From: Lophium mytilinum
Lineage: Eukaryota
NCBI GenBank assembly: GCA_010093605.1
Contig: MU004201.1
Location: 1-64,000 of the forward strand
Direction of reading: 5' to 3'
Length of the DNA: 64,000 nt
The notes beneath the pieces were generated by a model. That model saw only the letters and a list, made by a program, of their open reading frames with translations, searched no databases and had not been told where the DNA came from. A program made the position numbers and the translations under genes. This document shows, piece after piece, positions 11,216-23,746 of the stretch. Numbering within the stretch: the stretch's first letter is position 1; each line of letters opens with the position of its first letter.

Positions 11216-12484
11216 GGAGCCCCTCTACAAGGCTGCAGCTTTAAAAAAATAAAAAAGCAACTTTGTGTTTTGCTAGAGAAAAATCCAAAAAGTTTAATGT
11301 CCTGCACACGGTAACTTATATTCTACATTATATTCTATTTCTTAACTTTATATAGTTATTTCCTATATAATATACTCATCTTCTAGCAGTATTTATAAGC
11401 TACAGATATATTTTAAGTATTTAAGCTTATAATTCTATGTATAACTATGTTAATTTACTTTATAAAGTTTTAATTATATACATAATACTAATAATTACTT
11501 TTAGTGCCTCAAATCTAGATAATCAAGTATAGATTACGTATTTACTGTATATAATAAGTGAATTTATAAAATAAAACCCCCAAATACCTGATTTTATCTG
11601 CTACTATAAGCCTGTCTTATTAATATTTATATCTAAAAGCTTTTCTAATTCAATTTAATATATTAGGACTGTAGCACAGCGGAAATTTGATCGGGCACAC
11701 TAGTCGTCGGCCGTTTGTATGACTGTGCGCGTGTTTGTGTAACCGGTCATGAGCGTTCGAATTTGCCACACACCCACGCGTTTTGATACGGTCATCGCCG
11801 AAGTCGTTTGCAAAACTGGTCGGAGGATATATAGGGAGGCCAGAGTATCTGGTCATAGAAATTTTGACATAGTCGTTTTCGATTTTTGATAAATATCTGC
11901 TCGCCGAGCTATTTCTTTTGAAGTGGGCGGAGCTTCCCTATTTTACTGCAAGAGAGCCTAAAAAGCGCCTGTAGTATAGCACTGTTGTGGCCAGTGTAGC
12001 GCGCTTTGTTGGTGCTTAGAAGCTACTTGTTCCTTGTTAGACCGCATAATCGTTCGCTGAGCGCTGAATTTACTGTCCATAAATTTTGCGTGTATCGCGA
12101 CGTGGCAGCCTTAATTTGCTTGTGTGGGCGCAATTTATCTTGCATTATTGTGCTCCGCTTTCAAATTTTGGCAGGATACCAGCTAATTAATTTTAGCTGG
12201 TCCAAATGGTGGGTGTGGATTACTGACTACTAGTCAATGATTCAGCGAGTTAGTTAGAGGTAGACTTAAACCGGGTACCGCCTTAATAATGCGTGCTGGG
12301 GATAGAAACCCTTTATATTAAAAGCCTATGTTTTAGCTTTATGGCAGCTTTTATTAGCCTAAATAATTCTATTGCGGACGGCTTTTTAAGAGATTCAGGG
12401 GGGGCAATTAGATGACCTAAAGTTTTATTTTAGCGCTCAGCGTTACTATTTTACTGATGGTTGGGAGCCTAGCTCCCTTACTTT
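11216..12484 (+). repeat. Truncated terminal rDNA unit (IGS/ETS only)
   Basis: Matches 1-1269 at offset 11215 and diverges at 12485, 84 bp before the 18S would begin. Confidence 0.92.
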
Positions 12485-12912
12485 TCTTAGGCGCAAGTGG
12501 CTTTATTTCTTTAGTAAAGTTATGCGGCTTTAGGATAACTTAATGGTTTACTGTAAGCCAATTATTATTAGCGCCTACTAGCGTGTTTTCCTTCCTTTAG
12601 GAGAGAGTATTAGCTTTAATATTGTCTTTTCTAAGTTAATATACAATCTTAAAGTCAAACTAAGAGAGAATAAGCTCTATCTAGCGTAGCAGCGGCTAGG
12701 CTGCTTAGTAGTTATTAAGGACTCTAAGTTCTCATAGTTCGTAATAACTTAAATAGGGTTTTTAGGATTAATACTTCTAAGTTCCGGCTAAAACTCCTTA
12801 AGAGCTTAAATACTAGCTATTACTTCTTAATTATAGATGTTGTATTTAGACTCTACAGGGCTATATTTCTTAGTGAAGAAAGCTATAGAGTATAGAATGC
12901 CGTTAGTCCTAT
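12485..12912 (-). mobile_element. RIP-mutated Ty3/Gypsy pol fragment (RNase H region)
   Basis: Reverse complement aligns by eye with 41400-41830 of the Gypsy copy. Confidence 0.75.
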
Positions 12913-13125
12913 TCTACTTTAGTATTCCTTAGGGTTAGGCTTTAATCCCTAATTCTTTATGCTTAGTATATTATACTAGGTTATGCATCTATATATATTA
13001 GAAAGCCGTCTTACTACTAAGTATATTAAGCGTGCCTCTATAAAGCTTGCGCCTTAGGTAGATACTATAAGTAAGCGCTTTTATCTAGGTTATAGCTTTA
13101 TTCTTTATTGTGTTTATATGCGGGC

Positions 13126-13621
13126 TGTTAGGCCTTGCGGGTAACATTAGCTTGTAAGTATGTAAGTAGCTAGTATTAGAAAGTAAGATTGCTTCTTAAT
13201 TACATTTTTTTGTGGCGCTGTAGTAAAACTAGCTGCCCGGCCTTACACTTTAAGAAGCACAATGGTCCCGGGTGGGTTTCTAGTTTAATTGGGCTTGTAA
13301 GTAAGCTTATGCCTAGGTTTTAGCACCGTTAGATTGTTCCGGCGATTGGGGCTAACAGTATTCACTAATCCTGCGGGGGTTGCTAGGGAGAAGGGTCTGA
13401 GGGCTCTAGTGACTGGGGTAAATACTAGGGGGTAACTTGTGCGCTTACACCCTACGGCCATCCTACAAGAATGTAGGACCCTGGAGAAAAAGGAGGTAGT
13501 ATTAAGCCTTGCGGGTAATATTAGCTTATAAGGGTATAAGTAGCTAGTATTAGGAAGTAAGATTACTTCTTAATTACACTCTTTTGTGGCGCTGTGGTAA
13601 AACTAGCTGCCTGGCCTCACA
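13126..13621 (+). mobile_element. TRIM-like miniature LTR retrotransposon, copy 1
   Basis: 122-bp direct repeats at 13126-13247 and 13500-13621 (TG...CA ends, one mutated), 252-bp noncoding interior, purine tract GGAGAAAAAGGAGG before the 3' LTR, 5-bp TSD CGGGC/CAGGC. Confidence 0.88.
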
Positions 13622-14017
13622 CAGGCCTTACTTTAGATTAGGGTTTAACTGCACTTCTAGTACTCTTTAGTCTATAATAAAGCCCTTTATAAAGCCCTAT
13701 ATATCTACTATAGGCCTAAGTTTAACTACTATATAAATTTTAGTAAAGTGTATAGTATATTATTTTTCTAAGGCAAGTACTACGCTGTGTTTTTTTACCT
13801 ATGCTATGCACCGCTTATAGGCTTTCTTAATAGCCCTATAGTTCTCTTCTATAGTTTAGCTATATACAAAAATATATTTATAATCTATAAAACTATAGTC
13901 TATTATATTACTATCTTAAAGGGTTAGTAATAGCGTGCTAGTAAAGAAGAGAAAGAGAATAAGTAATAGGAAGGAGCCCTATAGTATATCTATAGTAACT
14001 GTAATTAGTTCTACTAT

Positions 14018-14240
14018 TGTAAGGACTTGTAGGCTATATAGAGAAAGGTAAGGTTTCTATTACTATACTATAGAAGTTGTAAGATAAAAAGAGAAAAGAG
14101 ACGCGAGCGCAGCAGCTAGAAGTACGCTGCTGTGCACGCGCTAACGCGCTAACGCGCTAGCGTGCTAAGAGGCGCAAGAGCACGTGACCTACCTGCCCGT
14201 CCTGCAACAAATAAAGGAAAAGGCCTTGCAAGGCCTAATA
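14018..14240 (-). mobile_element. Solo LTR of the Gypsy family (~215-bp LTR)
   Basis: Reverse complement of the LTR at 43779-43993; flanks ACTAT/AGTAT. Confidence 0.85.
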
Positions 14241-14303
14241 AGTATATAGCTTCCTATAGATAACCTAGTTATACAGTCCTATAGAAAAGACCTATTAAAC
14301 TTT

Positions 14304-15073
14304 GGGGAGGGGTTCTAGCACACCCCCTTTTAGCTCGTAGCACACCCCTTTCTTTATCCATCCACACCCCCTTACATCTAATCTTCTGATTAGCCCAGAG
14401 GGCTCGGATTACTGCTCCGGCGCTTTATAGTAAGGCTGTACAGCCTTCCTATTTCATTGTGCATTCTTACCGTTTCTAATAGCCTATACTTAGCTGCGCA
14501 TGAGGCCATAGATAAGGCTATAGATAAAGCTGCATATATAGGCCGTACGTAAGGCCGTATATAAGGCTACTTATAGTAAGGCTATATAGTATACCTATTT
14601 TACTATATATACTTCCCGTTTCCTATATATATAGGCTATTATATTGCTATATATATGCCTACGCGCCTAGAAGCATGCTGAAATAGTTAAAACCTTACCT
14701 TAGTACAGCCTCTCCGCATTAAACCTAGCCCCCCTCTATTTCCACCTTATATAGTGCTATCTAACGTAGAAGCTCCTTATAGAAAAGCCGCGCTGCCGCT
14801 ATCTAAGGCTGAGGCTTAGGATAAGCGCTGTCTTAATGCTGTAGAATATAGCCCTCCGTAGATAAGGATGAGGATAAGATTGTAATTTGTGGCCACGCCG
14901 CATTTAGAATTAGTGAGCGACCTAATTAAGTAAATCGGAGGCCTTAGAGCGACCCTCCGGGCCAATTAGAAGATTAGACGGAAGGGGGTATACGTGGAGT
15001 AAAAAGGAGGTGTGCGTGGAGTAAAAAGGAGGTGTGCGTGGAGTTAAAAGGGGGTGTGTTAGAACCCTTCCCC
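14304..15073. mobile_element. Non-autonomous DNA transposon (MITE) with ~100-bp TIRs, GGGGA...TCCCC ends and an 8-bp TSD
   Basis: GGGGAGGGGTTCTAGCACACCCCC at left and GGGGGTGTGTTAGAACCCTTCCCC at right; TAAACTTT on both sides; empty site visible in the LINE copy near 56194. Confidence 0.85.
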
Positions 15074-15134
15074 TAAACTTTATTATCTATCCCGGCATGC
15101 TCTATACTTATGGATTATATATTATTTATTTATA

Positions 15135-17140
15135 TAGGCCGGTGCTAGGTATATAACCCCTTTTTACTACTTATATAATGCATTTTTACTGCCTGTATAA
15201 CTACCCCCCTAGTAGACCTTTCACCGTGTTTTAATTAGCTTAGAGGGCTTAGAAGAGGCTCCGGCCCTTTACCTAACTTATATATAGTCCTCCCGTTTAA
15301 TCTATAGGTTGTATAGCCTTACTATCTTATATATAGCTACGTGTCTATATACCTAATTACCTAGGAGAGTACTAAAATTATCGATTTTACACCTAATAGC
15401 GGCCCTTTCTCTATTACCGATGGCCTATAAGCACCTACAGTACTAGGATAAAAGTATATGCTAATAAACCGTGCGCACCCCACTAAAACGCATTGCGTTC
15501 TTATCTTCTAACACCACCACTACCATGGCACGACGTTTTTTTGGCCAGGGAATTAGCGGGAACGCCTAAGGATTATAAGAGCTTTCATCTAATGCTTGCT
15601 TAGCTATGCTAGTAAAGTATAAAGCCGGCGTTACTAATTAAGATCTAGCTGTAAAGTTTAGCTGTTCTTCCCGGACTGTCTATAATATAATTAAGCACTG
15701 GAAACTTTACAACACTACTACTTCCTTGCTTTAAAGCGGCCGGCCAGCAATAACTATAGTCCGGGAGAAGTAAATGCTCTTTTGGCTTGCTTGAAAATAG
15801 CCTAGAATAGAGTACTTCTAGCTAATAAAAGATGCTAGCCTTTTAGCCCGGGCTAGGCCCCCTTCTATAAGAACTGTAGCTTGGATTCTCTAGAGTTTTA
15901 GTTTAAGAAACTACTATTATACTAAGAAACCTAAGCTGAAGCTGGAGCATGCTGTTTTATAATGCCAATTCGCCAAAAAGCATACAAATTGTAATTGGAA
16001 ACACCGGGTTGTTAAGTTTATAGATAAGTGCTTAGTATAGTAGGGTTCTAGAGAGTAAGTAGAGTAGTGCTTTAAGTTTCTAGATAAGAGATTTAACTCT
16101 AAGATGGTTATAGAGAAAGAGAAGAATAAGAGAATATTCTAGATAGTATAGGGGGCCATTTAGGTGACCCTTAATAGCCGGGTTAGCCAGTTACCCCTAA
16201 TTATTATGGAAAAGGACTTTATAGCTAAGAAGAATAGGTACTTAGGCAAGAGCCGTACCTAAACTTTAGAGAAAAGGCTACTACTACAGTACCTACCTAG
16301 GAACATCTTTATGCAAGATAATGCACTAATTCACAATACTAATTAGACTAAGAATTGGCTAGAAACCTATAGGATTTGGACGCTCAAATAGCCCCCCTAC
16401 TTACCGGAGTTAAACCCTATTAAGCACATATGGTGGGCGCTTAAGAAGATAGTCTATAAGCTTTATCTAGAGCTGGCTATAATAGGTAATTTAGAAAAGG
16501 ATTAGAACGCCTTAAAGGCTGCTTTAAAGAAGGCATAGATAAAGATACCTAATTTAACCATTAGGACACTTATTAAGAGCATGCCTAGGCGCTTAGAGGT
16601 AGTAAAGAAGGCCAAGGGCTGGCAAACTAAGTACTAGGACCGAGCAAGCCTCAACACTAAATTAGGCTTGATTTCCTTATATTGTTGTATTATTTTATAA
16701 CATAAGCGCTTAATTATAGAATTTAATATTTAGGCCCGTGCGTTGTATTTAGAATATACTTTTATTAACTAACTGTACGTAAAGTCCTTATTAATAAGGT
16801 CCTCCGCATACTTATTAAATCCTTATTAGCCACCTTACAAGCTGCCTTACAAGGCTACAACTAGCCTGTTAACTGTGCTGTGCTTCCGAAGACAGGCTGT
16901 AAACCCCGGACCTAAGCTTCTAGTAGCGCAACCTGTTACTTAAGGTCTGCCTTAATATTCTTACGTCTATTTGCATAGAATTAAGTTTTTAAGGCAAATC
17001 TTCTATAGCTTTAGAGGAGTTGTGCCCTTAAGCAAGCTAATTAAAACGCGGTAAAAGGTCTACTAGGGGGGTAGTTGTATAGGCAGCAAAAATCCATAGT
17101 AGAAGTAGTAAAAAGGGGTTGTACACCTAGCACTGGCCTT
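15135..17140 (+). mobile_element. RIP-inactivated Tc1/mariner DNA transposon (~2.0 kb, ~110-bp TIRs); transposase pseudogene at 15526-16637
   Basis: Inverted repeats at about 15135-15240 and 17034-17140; TA flanks; remnants FMQDNALIH, YLPELNPIKHIWWALK and GWQTKY*. Confidence 0.88.
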
Positions 17141-17944
17141 TATATAATACTTAGTTAAACACTCCTAATATATCTAAACCAAGAAGTAATACTATAAGCG
17201 GTAAGTTTCCTTTCTATATAGTATACATCCATTCTATAAGAAGCTTAAGTGCTGTCTATATAGAGTGCTCTAGTTGTACCCTTATCTAGCTAGGCAGAAG
17301 TATGCCCTTTTCCTCCGCCAACTTAGGGAGTCTTTTAGGTATAATTTATTTAAACTACTTACCTATTATTTCTAGTAGAGTAATAGGCCTATAAGCTTTT
17401 ACTACTATATAGAACCCTTTTTAGGCCTTTTATAGCACTACTATTATTAACTCCTTAAATAGCTAGGAGGTAGTGTCTTTTGCGTAGGCACTTTATAAAG
17501 AAGCAGGCAAGCACGGGTGCTAGTTACATCTTTCACTTCTTTAGGAATCTATTTGTAACTTTTATAGTTCTTAAGGCCTTATCTAGTGCAATTCCTATTA
17601 GCGCTTATAATTCTAGGTATTAGAACTCTTCTATATTAGATAAGTCGGCTTAAACTAGTAGTAGAAAGAGCTATTCTACTAGTATATACGCTTTTATCTT
17701 ACTATCCGTATAGAGGGTAGAGTTATCAGGCCTATAATAGGGAGAGAATTAAGAAAGGGGCTTTTATTCCCTCCAACTGTGCGGCCCTATTTAGCTAGTT
17801 TCTATGCCTCTTTAGGGTCTTTAATTACTTTTTCTACTATGCGGCGCTATAGTTTAGTACTCTCCTTCCTTATAGCTCTTTTCTTGCAGTTATATTAGAC
17901 TTAGTATAATATCTAGTCCTCTATAGAACGCAATAAGCGCTATA

Positions 17945-18159
17945 TATTAGGCCTTGCAAGGTTTTTTTCTTTATTTATTGCAAGACGGGCATATAGGTTA
18001 AGTGTCCTTGCGCCTCCTAGTAAGCTAGCGCGTTAGCGCGCGCACAGCAGCGTACTTCTAGCTGCTGCACTTGCGTCTCTTTTCTCTCTTTATCTTACAA
18101 CTTCTAAAGTATAGCAATGTAAGTCTTACCTTTATCTATGCAGCCTATAAGTCCTTACA
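17945..18159 (+). mobile_element. Solo LTR of the Gypsy family
   Basis: 215-bp match to 43779-43993; perfect CTATA TSD. Confidence 0.88.
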
Positions 18160-18890
18160 CTATACTTTATATACTTACTTAGTCTTAGCACCTTCTTTAA
18201 GTACTCTTCTATCTATAATAGTCAGGCGTGCGTTAAGAGCCATGCTATTAGCACTATAGTATTATTTATAGCGTTATTAGTAATTTAGATAAGTTAGTAT
18301 AGAATGCGTATAAGGTTATCTAGGTCCTTCTTTTCTTCTTTATCTAGAGGGTTATTCTAGTTTGCTTCTCCGCATACTCTTCTATACTAACTACTTAGAT
18401 TTCTCTTTAGAATAGATAATATAGATTTATATTGCCTACTAGTATATACTCTACTTCCTTATAAGTAGAGAAAGTAGCGTATCTATAATCCTGCATGGCT
18501 TTAGGTTATAGATAATATAAATTTAAATATCCTCTTCTCTAGCCTAGAAGGAGAGGGTAATAAGATCTAGTAAGTAGTACTTAATAGTCTACTAGCCCGG
18601 GTCTAAGCACTTGTTAATATATATATATATATTGTAGCGTTTAGGCTTTCTTAATATAATAGATAGTATTATTTCATGCGTAGTAAAGTGTATTTCTAGG
18701 TATTCTTCTATGGTTTCTAAATAGCTAGCACCAGCGGCTAAGGCTAGGCCACCTCTGCCTTCTTTAGAAACTCTTCTTAAGTTTCTTAGCTCTTATTAAT
18801 ATTGTACTATATAATAGTAAGTATATTAGGTAATCCTAGTATTAAGTACCTATAAAATCCTTAGAGTCGGCTATTATAGCCCAGCTAGCC

Positions 18891-19012
18891 TGTAAGGTCG
18901 AGCAGCTAGTTTTACCACAGTGCCATAAAAGAGTGTGATTGAGAAGCAATCTTGCTTCCCAATACTAGCTACTTGTACCCTTATAAGCTAATGTTACCCG
19001 CAAGGCCTAACA
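18891..19012 (-). mobile_element. 122-bp TRIM LTR
   Basis: Reverse complement of the TRIM LTR with intact TG...CA ends. Confidence 0.85.
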
Positions 19013-19526
19013 CTACTATACCTGATAGTATTACTAAGACTAATACTATTAGTTATGTACGCCTAGTTCTACCTACTAATTTTATAGGCAATGCTATTAA
19101 GAACGCCTTTAGCGCTAATCTATAATAAATGCCTAGCAAGATAGTTAAGAAATATAGCGTTAAACTTAAACTATAAAGTTTATAATAGACTTATCTATAT
19201 ATACTAGCGGTAGAAGAATTATAATCTACTATTACTAAACGGCTATATAAACCCCTATCTAAAGGCTATAAAAGTATAACTTCTACTTTTAAATAATTCT
19301 TAACCTACTACTTTTAGCCTAGAATATATAATATCGACCGGTAAATTAAGGTTTATTATTCTTACAACTATATTAAACACGCTCATAAGGGTAAATAAGG
19401 GTTCCTTAAGCTACTACTAATCCCTAATTATTACTAGACTAATATTACTATTAACTTTATTAGATCACTTCTAGTTAGCAGCCGGTTTAGTAGAAACTCT
19501 TACTATATTATAGTAATTATTAACTG

Positions 19527-19740
19527 TGTTAGGCTTTGCAAGACATTTTCCTTTATTTATTGCAAGACGGGTATATAGGTTATATGCCCTCGCGCCTCTT
19601 AGAAAGCTACCGCGTAAGACGCGCACAGTAGCGTACTTCTAGCTGCTGCGCTCGCGTCTTTTTTCTCTATTTATCTTACAACTTCTATAGTATAGTAATA
19701 TAAACCTTACCTTTATCTACACAGCCTATAAGTCTTTATA
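19527..19740 (+). mobile_element. Gypsy-family LTR, preceded by a degenerate integrase-like fragment (~19020-19526)
   Basis: Matches the 43779-43993 LTR; the upstream segment resembles the integrase region near 42300-42570. Confidence 0.7.
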
Positions 19741-19759
19741 ACCTTAATGCCTTTTTTAT

Positions 19760-21720
19760 TCTTCTATATAATCTTTTTAATAATAAAGCCAGGGTAAGTT
19801 AGCGCGCTACTTTTAATAATAGTCTATCTCTAAGCTACTTATATCTATGTTTTTAGGCACTCTATGCACCTCTATAAGCACTGCAGGCTATTATATACAT
19901 GCTAATTTATTTAGCACTATTATCTACTTCTTTTTTTAAAAGTAAGAAAGCTTTAATAACCTTATTACCTATATACGCCTCTACGTCTCTACTCTAGAGC
20001 TTCCTAACGCTGTATATCTTAGACATGTCCGGAGGTTCTATAGTCTAGAGCTTTTCTATAATAGTTGCATTATTATTATCTCTAGTAGGTAGATTGCTTA
20101 TTAGCATTTTTAATATAGATAGTAATCTTATTATAAAGCCGGGTAGTAAGCGTTTCTATAGTACTGTAAAAGAGTATAACTTAGGAGTAATCTTACTTTC
20201 TACTACAACTTACTTATACTCTTATAAGCTAATATTATCTATAAAGCCTAAGACTTCTTATTATATAGTTGTTTAGCATTCTCTTAGTTTTTATTTAAGC
20301 TAGGGGTTACTATATATACGGACGTTATATAATCTCTATACTAAGGGTTTATCCGGCGCCTAAGGTTCTGCCGGCGCCTAAGGTTCTGCCAGCGCCTAGG
20401 GTTCTACCAGTGCGCACTTAACTACATAGTAGTTTTATAGCTAGAGCCCTTCTCCTCTCTATGCAACCTTGTTAATAGTAATACAACTCTTTTATTAGCT
20501 ATAAACCTAATACTTATAGATGTCTATAAGCTATATTATATATAATACGTTTCCTGTAGCCTTACTATAGGCCTACTTAGTCTTGCTAGAGCCTATAGCC
20601 CCTAGTTCTATTTAAATAGCTGCCGCTGCTACAGCGTACGTCTTTTCTTATAATAATAACGCGCGTACTTCTTCTATTACCTTCTTTCTAGCATTCTCTA
20701 TTTTCACTTTTAATTGTATATATAGTTTCTAGTATAGCTCGGGCAATGCGCTTAATAAGTTATTAATAGCGCGTCTAATAAACTCTTAGATAACCTAGTA
20801 GAATTAGTCTATCTATATAGAAGAGGGTAGCTTATTCTATAGTTAGGTCTATATGTACTAGGATTTATAGAAAGTATCTTAAATACCTTGGTAGGTAGTT
20901 TTAGGGGGCTTTAGATAGTATTAAGGTTTTACTTAATAGTATTATTATTGTTATTAGTTCTAGAAGAGCTGCATAACTAGAGTTGTAATATATTAACCTA
21001 CTATAACGCCGCTAGCACTACTTATAGAGCTCTAAAGCTTTATATAATTATCTAAAGGGCCTTAAGTAAGGCCTAGAGGCTATAGTTATATTATAGTTTT
21101 AAGATACTGCAAGTTTAATTATATTATATTATCGCTCCGGTGTAGTATTCTAGTATATTTAGCTTTATCTTTTATATTCTATATTTTTTATACTAGTATC
21201 TTTAGTAAAAGGTATATTTATATAGTATTAGTAGCTGTACTTATATACTAGCTTACCACTAACTAACGTTTCTAAATCTGCTAAGTTGAAAAATTCTAGA
21301 TTAATTTAAAATTTATGTCAAAACACCTAGAAGTAAGCTAAGATAGATAAAAGCTTACTTTATTATAGCTTCTTTATATTAAACCTTGCTTCTCTATATT
21401 CCTGCCGCTTTTTCTACTACTATATAGCCTCTTTCTATAGTACTATCTTCTTCTATAGTAAGCTAGATATATTATTACGTTGTTTCTTAGCATTCTCTTA
21501 GTAGTCATTGAGGCCAGGGGTCATCCCGTGCACGGACGTCACGTGATCTCCGGGCCGAGGGTTCTTCTGGCGCCCGGAGTTCTGCCGACGCTCAGGGTTC
21601 TGCCGGCACGCACTTAACTACGTAGCAGGCCTGTGGCTGGAGCCTCTCTCCTCTCTATGCAACCTTGTTAATAGAAATACAACTTCTTTGCAGCTATAAG
21701 CTTAATATATATCTTGTGTG
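19760..21720 (-). mobile_element. Degenerate LINE ORF1-like relics with an 18-bp tandem repeat
   Basis: 20960-21130 resembles the LINE 5' region at 59710-59860; CCGGCGCCTAAGGTTCTG occurs three times at 20353-20410 and again, less mutated, at 21560-21610. Confidence 0.45.
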
Positions 21721-22084
21721 CAGATGCAGCTATAAATATAGTAGTAGGTAAAGCTATTAATGTAGTAGTTAATATAGGTCTAGATATAATTTAGATGCAG
21801 GCATAAAGAGAAAATAAAGATAATACTATTTATAAATATACTACATAGAGAGTATTTAAAGATAGTAAAAAAGTTAGGTAAGTAAACTAGAAGCTGTAGA
21901 GTAGTAATCTAGGCTAATTAGAAACTTACATAAAAGGGGATATATATAGAGTAAGAAGAAGTTATATATATAGCTAAAAGAAAGTATATTAGAAGCTTTT
22001 TTCTTAAATATAATATTATTCTTATTGCTTAGTTATATTAAAGTAACTAGTAAGCAATACTAAATTTTTTCTCTATATATGCTG

Positions 22085-22775
22085 TATTATTTCCCTTTAT
22101 ATACCCCCCTCCCGTCTAATCTTCTAATTAGTCCTGAGAGCTTAGATTACTACTCTAGTGCTTACGTATCTTAATTTAATAGTAAGGCTGTATAGCCTTT
22201 CTATTTTATTATATATTCTTACTTTTTCTAGCAATCTGTATATAACTACGCGCTGTGTGTAAGGCTATATAGTAAGGCTATAAAGTATACCTTTTTATCT
22301 ATATATACTTTCTGCTTTCTATATATATAGGCTACTATATACTATATATATGCCTATGTATATAGAAGTAAGCTATAATAGTTAAAACTATACCTAACTA
22401 CAGCTTCTTTGTATTAAACCTAGTCCTGTTATATTTCTACTACCCCTTTTTAGCTATCCTAAGCTGTGCAGTAATATATACGCTTTAAACACCTCTTTAG
22501 CTTCTTCTAGAGAATTGTAAGGCTACTATAGTATTAGCTAGAGCTCTATTATATTTACTATAGTAGTAGAAAATAAGAACACTAGTAAGATTATAATTAC
22601 TTATAGCTATGCTATATTTAGGGAGGGTATTTAGAATTACTAAGCAACCTTAATAAGTAAAGTAGAAGCCTAAGAGCAACCCTTCTAGCTAATTAGAAGA
22701 TTAGATAGAAAGGGGTATATATAGAAGAAAAGAAGGGTATATATAGTAGAAAAACCCGGTGTAGTATTACTAGTG
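22085..22775. mobile_element. Degenerate copy of the GGGGA-ended MITE family
   Basis: Shares the TCTAATCTTCTAATT / AATTAGAAGATTAGA subterminal inverted motifs and the interior with 30408-31225. Confidence 0.65.
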
Positions 22776-23746
22776 CCCTATATTAGTGATTATGAAAAGT
22801 TTGTTAATTTTTGCATGATTATTTAGTTTAGTGATTGTCAAAAAAACCTACAATACTATTTTTAATGTATAATATAATTCTTATTAGCCTTTTCTATTTA
22901 GTAAAAGTATAATAACTATTAATATTTAATATAGATAAATATAGATAAGTCTAACTATACGCTAGATTAGCCGAAATATAAATTCTTAACTTAGTAGACT
23001 TTATTTCTTAATATCCTGCTGCACCTAAGGATATAAAGAATAACTTACTATTTAATTTTAAGAATAGCTTACTACTTAACTTCAAAAAGAAAGTACTATT
23101 AAAGCAATACTATTAAAAAAAAACCTACTACTAAAGGAAAAGGTACCATAGAAGAGGGTAATATAGTAGTACTAAAGATATAGGTAACATAAAATAGATT
23201 TAAGTAATATAAAATAGTTATATTAAAGCTACAATCTAACAGCTTAACTCTATTTATAGGTATATATAGATAAGTATAGTAATATAACAACCTATATATA
23301 CTAGACACTTTGTATTATTATTAACTATATATATAGTTTTTTATATAGCTTTTTACTGGCTATATATAGACTATAATAATAAAATAGAATAAAAGAAAGT
23401 AAAACAACTATAGAGTATTTCTATACAGGAAAAATATATACAGCTACAAAAAACTATAGTAGTATTTTAAGCACTCTGAACTAGTTGGAAAATAATATAT
23501 TAGGGCGTTATATATAGACAAAGTAAGTCCTAAAATAAGAAAAAGGTATTTTATATTTAACATTAATTTTCAAAGTAAGAAACTGATTTTATGTAGGAGG
23601 TATATACAATTGTTATCTTTCTAATAGTAGTATAAAAAACTTATAACTAATTAATTCANNNNNNNNNNTTACTAGAAGAAATGTACTATAAATAAATACT
23701 TAGACTTACAATTATTTGTCTAGTAAATCATTAAGATTTATTTCTT

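Larger units (their letters stand above)
12915..18890 (-). mobile_element. RIP-mutated Tad1-like LINE ORF2 relic, host to five nested insertions
   Basis: Segments between the insertions are colinear with the LINE copies at 34930-37450 (+) and 55370-58100 (-). Confidence 0.8.

Noticed and set aside
10579..11307. Long ORFs of 184-221 aa
   Set aside because: Artefacts of translating through the N gap
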